From the NCBI RefSeq assembly GCF_018350175.1, contig NC_058368.1:194496001-194560000 (forward strand): a DNA stretch of 64,000 bases. Direction: 5' to 3'. This stretch comes from Felis catus (Eukaryota). The translations under genes and the position numbers were made by a program. The notes below the pieces were generated by a model. The model had not been told where the DNA came from, ran no database searches, and saw only the letters and a program-made list of their open reading frames with translations. Shown here one piece after another: positions 1 to 11,695 of this stretch; position 1 is the stretch's first letter, and each line of letters opens with the position of its first letter.

Positions 1-711
1 AGAAACATGTGCAGTCTTATCAGTAACATTATTAACATAGAATTTCTCAGATTGCGCTTCTTAAGATATAGTAAGTATTCCACTGAAAAGGGTTGGGTGG
101 GGGAAAATTGTTTAGTCAAAGAAGCACTATCTCCTTTGAGGTTGGGGTTGGAGATGTGGGGTGTGGAAGGTGGGGATGAGGGAAGGGTGATACATGAACC
201 CCCAGGAAAATGTTCATAATGTCCATCAGCACCTTAAAGACACTGAGAAGACTCACAATAAAGACTATAAAATTTATGAAGCAGAAACAATATCTGTTTT
301 TGTTTTCTACTGCCTACCTACCCTATAGCAGAGGGATTCCATTCTAAAAGATATCTGATTATTATTGAATGAATGAATGAATGAATGAATTGCCTACCTA
401 ACTTTTTTTTACTTTAGAATTTCACATTTTTTATAGAATACACGTTAACATACTATATAACCAGGGTTCTACAGAATAGCGTATGATAAATGGTTGCATT
501 GCAACGTGGCCACAACCCTCGATCCTGTTGATTTAGGTGACTTGGATCCAACTCCACCTCCAACTTATTGTTAAACATTTGACAAATTCTTACATTTCTT
601 TGTGTCCCAGTTTTTTGTCTGCAAAATGAGTGTTAGAGCTACATTTCTCAGATCTTAACAGGAGGAAAAAAATGTTTACCTCCCTTAGCAACCTTTCCAC
701 TTCCCTTGCAG

Positions 712-796
712 CTAAAGAAGGACCAACTGCTTGGGGCAGATGAAATGACTGCAAATATTCAAAGACCTGCCAGAAAATCAGTCACCAAGATGCTAT
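712..796 (+). CDS. NMUR2: Neuromedin U receptor 2, coding exon 2 (ICL3 into TM6)
   Basis: Pyrimidine tract and ttgcag acceptor ending at 711; 85-nt exon [28 protein letters not shown] plus 1 nt; gtgagt donor at 797. Resembles human NMUR2 LKKDKSLEADEGNANIQRPCRKSVNKML (recalled). Confidence 0.95.
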
Positions 797-1432
797 GTGA
801 GTCCTTCATTTTGTTTGGGGTTTGTTTGTTTGTGAAAGCAAAGGAGTTGCATTTGGTACTGAGAAAGCGTTGCTGGGGTCAGAATCAAAATTCTGAAACA
901 AGATGTTGAGGTCTGGTCTTCCTTGGTTTTCTCAGCCTCCTAGGACCTTTCTGTTTTGTTTCTATTTCACTTTTTAACCCTCAAACAATGCCCTGAGTTG
1001 TGTCATTGTAATACTCTCTGAGGTATTTGGCAAATCTCACTCTCTGTGATTTTGAGCATTTCTTTTCCTCTCTAAACTGAGCAGGTTATTTTTAACCTAT
1101 TTTGTGTTATGAGTTGCTTTTTTAATTTTTTTAAATACAATGAAAGCTGTGAACTCTCCCCTCAGAAAATGTACAAATACACATACACAAACATTGTATA
1201 ATCCTTTTCAGGGGATCACGAACCTGTTGACACCCATCCTTGGACTCCCTAGGATCTTTTAATTCCAGATTAAGAACATGTGGCCAAGAGTAACTGTAAG
1301 CAGTCATACCACCTATAACATCATATGATTTTATATAAAACAATACACTCTTTTGTATAGATAAGGTGTTTTTAAAAATCCGGGCAGTGCTCTACACTCT
1401 CCCAAAAGAGTGCTATAAAAATATGTGGTCCT

Positions 1433-1622
1433 GGGGTGCCTGGGTGGCTCAGTTCAGTCAGTTAAGCATCGACTATTGGTTTCTGCTCAGGTCATGATCT
1501 CAGGGTTCGTGAGATCTGTCGTTGGGCTCAGGCTCTGTACTGACGGCTGGAGCCTGCTTGGGATTATCTGTCTCCCTTATTCTCTGCCCCTCCCGCACTC
1601 TCAAAAATAAGTAAATATTAAG
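1433..1622 (+). mobile_element. CanSINE (SINEC) in NMUR2 intron
   Basis: ggggtgcctgggtggctcag head, tRNA-like body, CT-rich segment, aaaataagtaaata tail. Confidence 0.9.
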
Positions 1623-2189
1623 ATATATATATAGTCCTGCACTAGCGTATGAGAAATATTGATGAGAAAGGAGGAAAGGAGATTTATAATAAACTTCCCA
1701 AGACAAAACCAAAGATTTGAAAGAAACATATCCTTCAGGCTAATAGGTATATAAAACACTTACTCTAACTATGTGGTGTTTATGAGCAAAAATCCTGTGA
1801 AGTCACTAAAGCCTGTCTTTTCAATTCTAGTAGTCATCATCTTAGAAATCGCTTAGCCCCTGTTGGCACCTGACTTTCCCTATTAAGAAATCTCATGTCT
1901 TCATAATCTCTCTCTCCTCTTCCTCCTTGATCATAATCTGCTCTTGCAAAAAGATTTGAAGTGTATGCACATTAAAGTCACTGTGATAAAATATACAGTA
2001 AAGTATTTGCCTTTGGGGTTGGAGTGTTCCATGTTAACAGTAATTAAATTTTTAACTAAAGGGATTTGTAGGCAGTAGTGAGCAGATTAGAGACTTTTTC
2101 TGGTAGAAGGGCAGCGGAGGGGGGGTTGGTAAACTCAAAAGAAACATTCAGATATTCTTGAAACTACACCACACAGGCATACCACACCG

Positions 2190-2700
2190 TTTACCATGGA
2201 AACTTCAAATGCACTCACAAATTCAGACAATTGTAAAATGATCACCCGTGTACCCATCACCCAGCTTTAAATATTACCAACTCACAACTAATCTTGTTTC
2301 ATCTATATTCCTATCTCCCCGCTAGTCCCTATAAGACTTTCCTGAGGGAAATCTCAAGCATCATGTCTTGGGAAATAAAAGTATTTTACAACTTCAGAAG
2401 AGAAAACAAAAAAACATACATATTTATATTGGTGAAGATTAAATGCCCCAAAGAGAAAATATGGTAGCACTAATCTCTGTCTTAGGAGCTGAAAATTAAA
2501 AAAACAAAAACAAAAACAAACAAACAAACAAAAAACCCTGGGCAATAGTGTATTTCTGTGAATCTGTAATTTTATAAAAACAAAAAGTAAAAACAAAAAA
2601 AAATTGTGAGGCAATCTGTACCATAGAAAAGTTATAATAGATACATCTCCACCTCAATCAAAAGATGCTTGTAAAGCAATATAACGCTCATGATTTTTCT
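2190..2700 (-). mobile_element. Old L1M fragments
   Basis: cacccgtgtacccatcacccagct...aatcttgtttcatctat resembles antisense L1MC/ME 3' region; heavily diverged. Confidence 0.4.
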
Positions 2701-3226
2701 TTCTTTATGTCCCTCCCACCCCTTACAGAATGACTGAATTTGCATAAGTTTCTAATTATTTCTAGAGTAAAAAGATAAATTCATACAACATTTATACTAT
2801 ATACTGTATCAATAGTTTGTTATTAATCTAGGACTTAAAAGAACACCAATTGCTTGAACCCAATCATTTTATTCATATAACCCATTTATGTGGTACCAGC
2901 AACCTTCTTGCAACATATTTTCCACAATAGAATGTTTTCAGCTTTGAACAAAGTCAGTACTATTTTAAGCGTTCTAAAGTAAACTCATATTGTACAAGAA
3001 ATCTTATACAATCATATGGAAACTGACCCCAAATCCTATACAATTCACTCTCATGTGTAAATGTTCTATGTAGAGGTTCTTTAGGATCTAGATGATTAAA
3101 TGATTAAATGATTAAAAAGATGGTGGAGGGGAAATGCTAGAAGGAATGGCTGGATTCAGAGTGGGCATTATATACCTATCCTTGCCTTGACTGTCCTTTG
3201 CTCTTTCATTCATCATCCTTTTCCAG

Positions 3227-3352
3227 TTGCCTTGGTCTTAGTGTTTGCTGTCTGTTGGGCCCCATTCCACATTGATCGGCTCTTCTTCAGCTTTGTGGAG
3301 GAGTGGACTGAATCCCTGGCTGCTGTGTTCAATCTCATCCATGTGGTGTCAG
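3227..3352 (+). CDS. NMUR2: Neuromedin U receptor 2, coding exon 3 (TM6-ECL3-start of TM7)
   Basis: ttccag acceptor ending at 3226, gtaaaa donor at 3353; 126 nt, phase-compatible (T+TT=Phe). Encodes [42 protein letters not shown] with the class A GPCR CWxP motif. Confidence 0.97.
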
Positions 3353-3824
3353 GTAAAATTTTGGCTGGTTTGGTTATATCACAAGTATCTACTTTTTAAT
3401 CTCACTTAGGTTCTATTTATATATACTAATTATTATGCGGACCCCACCATACAATAAAGAACACATTTGATTTTTTATTCATGTATTGATTAGGCATGTT
3501 ACTTATCCAAAAGAAATATACCAAATCACTATTGTAGAGCCTACTTTATTGAAGACCTCAACTCTAAGCCTGGTGATTACAGCAGGAAAATGGTCTAAGA
3601 AGTGATTCCTTTGTTTTGCATCCAAAGACCACATAACTGAATTGGTTTTTATTAAATATCGATGTCCCTAAAATCTCATATTGTCTTCAGCAAGTATTAA
3701 ATCCTCATGAAAACTAACCAAAGGGCATTCATGAGGCATCAGGATCTGTTTTTAGGCTACTTTAATGTTGCTTGTTAAGGATACCATGGAATAGGGTGGA
3801 AATAGCAATGGAAAGATCATTAAG

Positions 3825-4200
3825 TCAGAGGACCTGGATTTGCACCTCATTTCCATTATTAATATCCTGTGTGATCTGAAGAATGTGGATTCCTTCATGC
3901 CATAGTTTCCTCAACTGGAAAATGACAATAATGCCTGTCCTATACAAACCATGGGCTGTTGGTAAGAAGTAAATGAAATAATAGCTATTAAAAAGCCTTT
4001 TTAAGCTGCACAATGCTATATATCTTTCTATAGTCATCACGAAAGCTTAGTAAGTAGATATTATCATCACCTTTTACAGCTGAAAGAACAGTTCCACAAG
4101 AAAGAAATGACTTGCCCAAAGTCACTTGGTTGGCAAATAGTAAAAACAGTGTTCCAGCCCAAGTTGTCCAACTTCAAGTTCAAGATTCTTTCTCCCAAAA
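3825..4200. mobile_element. Two MIR copies in opposite orientation
   Basis: MIR cores agtttcctcaactggaaaatg (+) and ttttacagctgaaagaacag...gacttgcccaaagtcac (-). Confidence 0.65.
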
Positions 4201-5086
4201 TGGAGCAGAGAATGGTCACCTGTATCCCTCTTTCTCAGCAAAGGTGACTGTTAGACTTATGTGCAGACCACATTGTCCCTCTACCTTGGCTAGTCACTGG
4301 CTGCTTCTATGGGCACATTAGATCATCAAAGACCTCACCAGAAAAAACAGATTAAAGCAACTTGTGCACGTTAAGTTGCAGGTGTGCATAAAGCAAAAAC
4401 AACAGTGTTCCTAGGTATATTGAGTGCCATGTATGTTATCTATATTCAATCATCCTTTCTTTTGTACTCAGGAAGCCTTGTGTTATGGTTTATACCTTGA
4501 CATTAGTATATTCCTCCATGTTAAATTAATTACTAATTCTGGGTGAAATCTCAAAAATATTTATAGCTCTTAGCTTATCTTTGTGGTTAAGCTGTGAAAA
4601 AAGAAAGTGATTAAATACATTGGAAAACACTACAAGATCACATGAGACAATTAGTTGACTCTACATCTCCAGATGCATCAAGACAACCATTTTAAGATTT
4701 TCAAATTACAACATTTATATTAATATTTTCCAGTTAAAAATCGTCTCTCTTCCCCCACATTGCCAACCAGATGAAGTCTAAACCTTCTAAATGCTACAAA
4801 AAAATGCCCCCAACTTGCCTTTTGATCCTCAAGTTATGTATTTCCATTCATAAATCATATACTTGTCAAACTGGTTAATTAGAGGGTTGTGCGTGTCTGC
4901 ATTATTCCTGCACAATATAACCATTCCTGCCTCTGCACATTTAGCTTCTACCTGAAGTACTCTCTTATCTCTTCCCCTGCCCACTTCAGGGTAGGCAACA
5001 TTTAAGCACTCCATTAAATCCTTCATGACCATCATGGTCCTTGTGTTTATGCCATTATGTGAATTTCCATAGGATGACTGTCAGTC

Positions 5087-5134
5087 ATATATATATATGA
5101 TATATCATATATATCATATATATATATCATATAT

Positions 5135-5180
<46 letters not shown>
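5087..5180. repeat. (TA)n microsatellite with degenerate ATATC/ATATG units
   Basis: Seen directly. Confidence 0.95.
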
Positions 5181-5183
<3 letters not shown>

Positions 5184-5449
5184 AGATATAGTTTGGTAGA
5201 GTTCTTTTGTTTACTGTTGAAGTTAGGCATAGGTCTTGCCTCTGTAATACTATTCCATGTCCTTGGAGACCAAAGTCTAAATCCACTGCCTACCAATGTG
5301 CCTCAAAGTTTCTAGCAGAGAATAAGGATTCAATCATATTTACTTATTGAATGAATTAAGAGCCCATAGCAATATTCTCCTTCTATATTCCTCCCTTCCC
5401 AGTTCTGTGCATAGGGTGTATGGCACTCTGTGTGTCCTGAACTATATAA

Positions 5450-5700
5450 ATGAGGACAACAACGAAGATGTTAATGATAGTACCTATCACTTTTTTTACA
5501 TTCTTAGCCATTCTCAATCCCTCTGTGGATAGCGTCTCAACTTTATCCTCACAGTAATTCAGGGAGGTGGGTTAGAGTGGTATTACTATTCCCATTTTAC
5601 AGAGAAAAGAATAGAAGTACCACTTCCGTCTAAAGTCACATAATGAGCAAGGCTAAGTAAGATCAGAAACAAAGTTCTCTGATTCTCAACCTTAGGCTCA
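5450..5700 (-). mobile_element. MIR
   Basis: tattcccattttacagagaaaagaatag core with typical flanks. Confidence 0.6.
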
Positions 5701-6360
5701 TCTTGGGTCTTGGGGAATAAAATAGACATAGAAATAAAAGAAACATGTGTGCCAAACAGGAAAGTGTCAGTGTGCAAGGCATTTGGTGGAGAAAAATAAA
5801 TGTAAAAATACAATTAATAAAGTTAAAAGTAAGGTGGGAGGAGGCATCAAGGGAAAAGACTAGGTAGGAAAAGTGCATTGGGGAATATTTCTTTGAAGAG
5901 ATAGTTAGCATTATAAGATATCTCAGCAGGGACTACGACTTAACTGATTTACCATTCCTCCATTACTTGCAGTTTCAAATTATAGATTTAAGCAAAGCTC
6001 CAATGAGATAAAAACATCTCTCTTTCCTCTGATACTTAAGCATCTCTCTCGTTAATGCTATCAGAGCATGTTCTTTAATTAAACAAGTGAGGATCAAAGG
6101 AATTTGCCAAGCATCTCAGAGAGATCCCATGCCGGCCTAAATTTTTCCAAGACTCTTTAATCTTTCTGTGTTTGATTCCTAAACACACAGGTGGTAGATC
6201 TGTTCAGAGCATTTTGTATTCTCAATTAGAGTCTTGTATATGTTATTACTTCCAAAAGAGGCAATCACAGGTATTCTAGGCCTTTGTTAAATAGTGATGC
6301 TTCATTCTACCATGCCTCTCACTCCTCAACATGTCTCTTTTTTAATCTCCTGTGTTCCAG

Positions 6361-6632
6361 GTGTCTTCTTCTACCTGAGCTCAGCCGTCAACCCCATTAT
6401 CTATAACCTACTCTCGCGCCGCTTCCGGGCAGCATTCTGGAATGTGATCTCTCCCTGCAAACAGGGGCACTCTCAGCACCACCAACAGGGGCCACCTGCC
6501 CAGCGGAACATCTTCCTGACAGAATGCCACCTTGTGGAGCTGACTGAAGATGCAGGTCCCCAGTTCCCTTGTCAGTTAACCATCAGCAGCTCGCACCCCC
6601 CTACAGCCCTCTGTAGTGGACAGGCACCATGA
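6361..6632 (+). CDS. NMUR2: Neuromedin U receptor 2, terminal coding exon (TM7, helix 8, C-tail)
   Basis: ttccag acceptor ending at 6360; G+GT=Gly; [26 protein letters not shown] contains NPxx[18 protein letters not shown] tail typical of NMUR2; TGA at 6630-6632. Confidence 0.97.
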
Positions 6633-6763
6633 AAGGGACACTCAAAGAGTTGACATTCCTTTATGCCACCATACTACAGGAAGGGACACCGTGTAAAATG
6701 TATGCCTTCTTACATGATAGTAGGGAGGTAAAATGAGTCTTACAACTTATATACCCACTTCTA

Positions 6764-6765
<2 letters not shown>

Positions 6766-6794
<29 letters not shown>
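6766..6794. repeat. (TG)14 microsatellite in the 3' UTR
   Basis: Seen directly ~135 nt after the stop codon. Confidence 0.95.
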
Positions 6795-6796
<2 letters not shown>

Positions 6797-7689
6797 TTAA
6801 ACAAATTGCTACCAAATCTGTATCTAAAACCCAGAACCTTCTGAGTTTTAGCTTCCTTTCCACCATCCTAACTGCCTCGTGCTCCTTCACTAGTTCATGG
6901 AAAGAAAAAAAAAATCATGACCAGTAAAGAATGACACCTATACTTTGAGTGATTTTCACTTTTGGAAACAGTTTGTCCTGAGTCATCCAAACTCTGAGTC
7001 AGGCTCTAACTCTCACAACCAATGGCCCCTCTGAGATATAAAAGGAAGACATGTAGATGGTATGTTACTTTATATGACTCAAGGGAACCATACCAGTGTT
7101 CTTCCACAGCAAACTTTTTATCCTACTGCCTCATATTTGGCCTTTTTAATGTGATACATTAGAATTTTGAAGCCTCTTACTTGAAGAATCCTCCTGATAA
7201 TATGGGGATGCTCCTTAGAACTATTTATTCCCACTTTCCTAATCCACACATCATTCTCAGTCATTCCTCACCAGGAATCAGATCAGATATAAGTTCTACT
7301 TAGAAAAGAATGGGAAGATGGAGAAGGCCATGGTGGAGGGTCAAAAGAGACATAAACTATACCAAATACAGGCTTAGTTGTTTTCATAGTTTTGTCTAGA
7401 CATGGATTTCTGAAGTCTTACTCCATACATAGAGGTATGGTCTACTATCTAGGGAAAAAAAACAATCATATAGTAACTACTAGTCTCAATCCTATGACTT
7501 TCACTGACCAAATCCTTCATTACCTATATAACACTCTTAGCACATATAAGAAAAATCAACTTTCCAGACTCCTCTTCTATTATATAATCACATGTAATGT
7601 ATATTCTATTCAAAATAGAATACTTGCTTTTCTTATGAAAATATGCCCTGGTTATTCCGGCTGTACATATTTGCTTATAAAATTCCCTC

Positions 7690-7990
7690 TTTGTCTCTAG
7701 TTTCCATCTGTTGCTGTCCTACCCATCCTTCAATGCCCATCTCAGTGTGTCACCTCCATAAAACCCTGCTTGATTTATTCAAATAGATGTGGTATCTGAC
7801 TTGTCAATCTCTCTCTTAAGCTTTTTCCTCACTCTGCTTCGTATTTCAGGGATTTATATCCTTGTTTTGTCAGAATGTAAATTTTTCAAAAGCGTGAAGT
7901 ATCTTGTGTTCATTTTTGCTGTTGCTGGGATCCTGGTAGTATATCTGTCACAATGGTAGAGGTTCAATAAATATGTGGTGAGTTAGTTGA
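7690..7990 (+). mobile_element. L2 3' end fragment
   Basis: tcctacccatccttcaatgcccatctc...gtcacctccataaaacc and terminal ggttcaataaatatgtggtga. Confidence 0.55.
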
Positions 7991-9197
7991 ACTCACATTC
8001 CAGTGTGCTGAGCCAAAGAACAGCTCCAGATGAAACCACATTAAGAGCCAAAGACTAAAATTCTGTTTCTGACCGGGATATCTTTCAGTTCACTGTTTAA
8101 CCAGTTGTGATTATAACAGCATGCCTTGCTGTGCCCACAGTACCAGAAGGTTCTTCCCAACCCCAGATTCTTACTGACGCTGAAACATACAAGTTCCAGC
8201 TTTTAGTCTCTGAATTTTCCCTAAATTGAATGAACCATCCTACTGATAAACCATCCTGTTATTGGTCTCTGACATCATTATTTCCTAACTGAACAATCAT
8301 CTTCAAAGTGATTCAATATATATTTTTAAAAATCTCTTTGCTAATTAACAGCCAACTTTAATGAATCAGAATTCTCCAGTGATGGTTTATGTTGGTGAGC
8401 AGAATCCTTGGGTCATTTGGGGATTAAGTTGAAAAGACTCAGCAAAGCAAAACTCCAGAAATGGAAGAGAAATGAATTTCCTTCTCATCTTTTAGAGACC
8501 TTCTCAAATGAAGATCTAGTAAAGTCATCATCTTCAACATCAACTCCCAGTGACCAGGACTAAATATGCTGCTGGTGTAGGTAGATGGATAGAAAAAGAA
8601 ACAACACTAAAATTGAAGCTAGTAATTTTGTTGCTTGATTACAGCTTTGATCTCTTTTTTGTTTCCAGGAGCAATAGGTTTAATTAAGCCTAGCATTAAA
8701 TGGGGGGGGGGGGGGGGGAAGTGTTGAGATTTTGTTTATATACATGCACACATGCATCCATATACATAAAGGAAATTTATATTTCAAAACAAAAATTCAA
8801 ATGTTGCAAGTGTTAGAGTTAGCTCATATAATGGTTCACACACAGTTAGTAGAACAAAGGGAAAAACTAAAGCCAAATTGTTCAATGCTACTCAATAGTT
8901 GACTTCATCATCTCCTTGTGAATTCCTCGTGATCTCTGCATTTTGCAATAATGAAAGAGGCCACACAGCAAACATGATTAATAAAATGCTGGTAATTATA
9001 CTCTTTTGTAATTCAACAGTGACTTTTGAGCTCTCTAGTAATTCACAAACTTAGTGAACTAAAGCAATGACCTTCAGAACGTTGCTTGCCAAATTGTCTA
9101 GCCCATAAAGGCCCATGAACAAGTGTCAGAAGTCCAAGAAGCCTCTGAAATTGTATTCATAATTCTTAGTGTGTACTTTTTTTTGTGGAGAAGGTTT

Positions 9198-9422
9198 TTT
9201 TTTAATTTTTTTTTTCTCAACGTTTTTATTTATTTTTGGGACAGAGAGAGACAGAGCATGAACGGGGGAGGGGCAGAGAGAGAGGGAGACACAGAATTGG
9301 AAACAGGCTCCAGGCTCTGAGCCATCAGCCCAGAGCCCGATGCGGGGCTCGAACTCCCGGACCGCGAGATCGTGACCTGGCTGAAGTCGGACGCCTAACC
9401 GACTGCGCCACCCAGGCGCCCC
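9198..9422 (-). mobile_element. Young felid CanSINE (SINEC_Fc-type)
   Basis: CpG-rich body; perfect 14-bp TSD tgtggagaaggttt at 9184-9197 and 9423-9436. Confidence 0.97.
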
Positions 9423-9606
9423 TGTGGAGAAGGTTTATAGCTCTGGTTAGCTCCTCAAAGTAGTCTTGACTTAAATTATTAGAATTAAGGCACCCTTAAT
9501 GGCCTCACTTAGTGGATGAGTTATAGTTAAATGAAGGCATTGCAGGAGAATTTAAAAGTATCACTATTCCAACATAAGAATCCAGTGTCTATAAGTATTA
9601 ACTGTT

Positions 9607-9806
9607 CAGTGATGTACTGGCTGGTACTGGCTCAGACTGTCTTGCAAAAGTTTATTATTATATATTTAGGAATTTTGAGAACTTGGTATTAAATGATTGG
9701 TGGCCTGAAATCAGCCACAGTGGGAATATTTACACCACAGACATTGGCAAACACTTTACATTGGAGCTATTTTCCCCCCAGAGAGCCATCTTATCAGCAC
9801 ATCACT
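9607..9806 (+). mobile_element. hAT MITE, MER63-like
   Basis: Terminal inverted repeats cagtgatgtactg / cagcacatcact; internal gggaatatttacaccacagacattggcaaac. Confidence 0.7.
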
Positions 9807-10829
9807 AACCACTGATATGCTGGCAATCTGCCACCTTGCTGTATGACACATGGTTTGTTTATAGACTAGATGGCCAATAACAAACACCATTATAATTACA
9901 GACCATTTAAATTTGTGGTTAACTCACTGAAAAAAAAAAAAGTCAATGAACCAGATTTTGACCCAGAGGTATGAGATAAAATAAGCTAAAGCATGCTAAT
10001 TATGACATGAAAGCCTCATCAGCATTTTATAATTAACCCAGAATGGAAGAATTATCCTTGGATTTTGTCCATTAATATCAGTGCAGGAAATAGTAACAGT
10101 TCTACATGTTATCTTCCCTATACATCTGTTTTTAAATATCCCACAAGATTCATTGTAAAAAGATGCAGGATTCCACATTCTCTCTACTTGGCTGGAGATC
10201 TCGTTTTTTGAATATGTAGAAGTATACTATACAAACATTGTAAGAAAGCTTGAGGTTGTATTAGCTTATGCAAGCCAAGCAAATCGAAACAATCTATCTC
10301 TTCCCTTTTTTTAATCCCTTCTAAATCATTAAATTACAGTTGAACTCTACATTAGACATATGCATATGCTGTACTTTGGAAACATTTTCTAGGTAATGTC
10401 AATGTTTGGGAGTTTTAACTAATCTATACATAAAAATTGTTGCATATACCTAAATGATGCTATTGCCAGTGAAATATACACAGGGTGAAAAATATATACT
10501 GTGCATTTAGTAGGCAGGATGGTTAGATTGAGCTGGCAAACAAAACACTATTTAAAAAGAAAAGTAATTCATTATTTTTAAAAACAAAAAAACATATGTT
10601 AAGAAGCCAACATTAATGCATAGGTAAAAATGATTTGTGACTACATAGATATTTTGAAAATAGGTCTTAACCAGCCTTTGGTAAGGATTATTTATTTGAA
10701 TATTATACCAACAGAAGGAATATCTTGTTCTAATTCCATGCTTCCTTTTTTAAACGTTAAAAATTTTGATATTGATCCTAACTTTATTACCAATTCTTTA
10801 AGTAGAACTGTGAGTTTTAGAAACTGTTA

Positions 10830-11320
10830 GTTTTACTTCAATAACATTCATGTACACAATTATCTCATTAAGTTCCCACAGCTTCACTAAGAGGATGTTG
10901 TCATCTCCCTGCTTACAGTTGACAAAATAAGACTTGTCCTCCCTTACACTTGGGAAAAGAGACAAGCAAGCACAAAGTCTGAGTGAGTCGCACAACAGTA
11001 TTTATATCTTACTCATCTGTCTGCAGCCTAGCTGGGGTGACTCTACTCCACCCAAGCTGGGGCATTCACAAGGAACACAATGGCCACCCACTGCATGCGC
11101 TCCCCATGCTAAGCAAGTCACATGGCCAATCTCAGAGTTGGGGGGCCTGGAAGTATACTCCACTCACCATGAGACCACGGCCTGACAAACGATGAGATGT
11201 ATAATACCACCAGAAGTAGTGAAGTGTTGAGACTGAAGAATGCATCTAGCAAATGGTGCAGTGAGTTTGAACCCGCAACTATCTGACTTCAAAGTCTGAG
11301 CTTCCCCCATTTTACTACAT
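10830..11320 (-). mobile_element. MIR interrupted by an MLT1-type LTR fragment (~10985-11245)
   Basis: MIR halves flank a segment containing gcaagtcacatggccaa...aagtatactccactcaccatgag. Confidence 0.5.
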
Positions 11321-11444
11321 GGATTCTACATGGGACTCTAGTTCATTGCCATCACTAAAAAAGCCTTTCAGTTTAATGCCATCCCCAAATATTACCTCTT
11401 CACTTATTTCCCACTAAATCATTAACAAAGATTGGAGAGCAAAC

Positions 11445-11695
11445 ACAGCAGTCAAGAACATGGACCCTAGAGCCAGATGTCTGGGTTCAAATCCTGGCTT
11501 TAACATCATTAACTGCGTGACCTTGGACAGGTTACGTAATCTCTCCATAGTTCAGTTTTGCCATCTATAAAATAGACATGCTGACAGTATCTATCTATAT
11601 CACTGTGGTTACATGAAGATTAAATAAGTCAACATATGATTTGTAACATTCCAGGACAGTGCTGGACACCTAGGAAGTGCTATAAGTGTTTGTGA
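11445..11695 (+). mobile_element. Near full-length MIR
   Basis: gggttcaaatcctggct...gtgaccttggacaggttac...cagttttgccatctataaaat. Confidence 0.8.

Larger units (their letters stand above)
6633..7995 (+). other. NMUR2: Putative NMUR2 3' UTR (end uncertain)
   Basis: Follows the stop codon; first canonical AATAAA found is at 7966-7971, followed by G/T-rich sequence. The 3' end is inferred. Confidence 0.4.

Noticed and set aside
706..909. ORFs 706-909, 3187-3399 and 6294-6632 as standalone genes
   Set aside because: They are NMUR2 exons with intronic read-through; splice sites define the true bounds.
9236..9463. Recurrent GQRETEHERGRGRERG-type ORFs (also 39312-39632)
   Set aside because: Antisense CanSINE translations, not paralogous genes.
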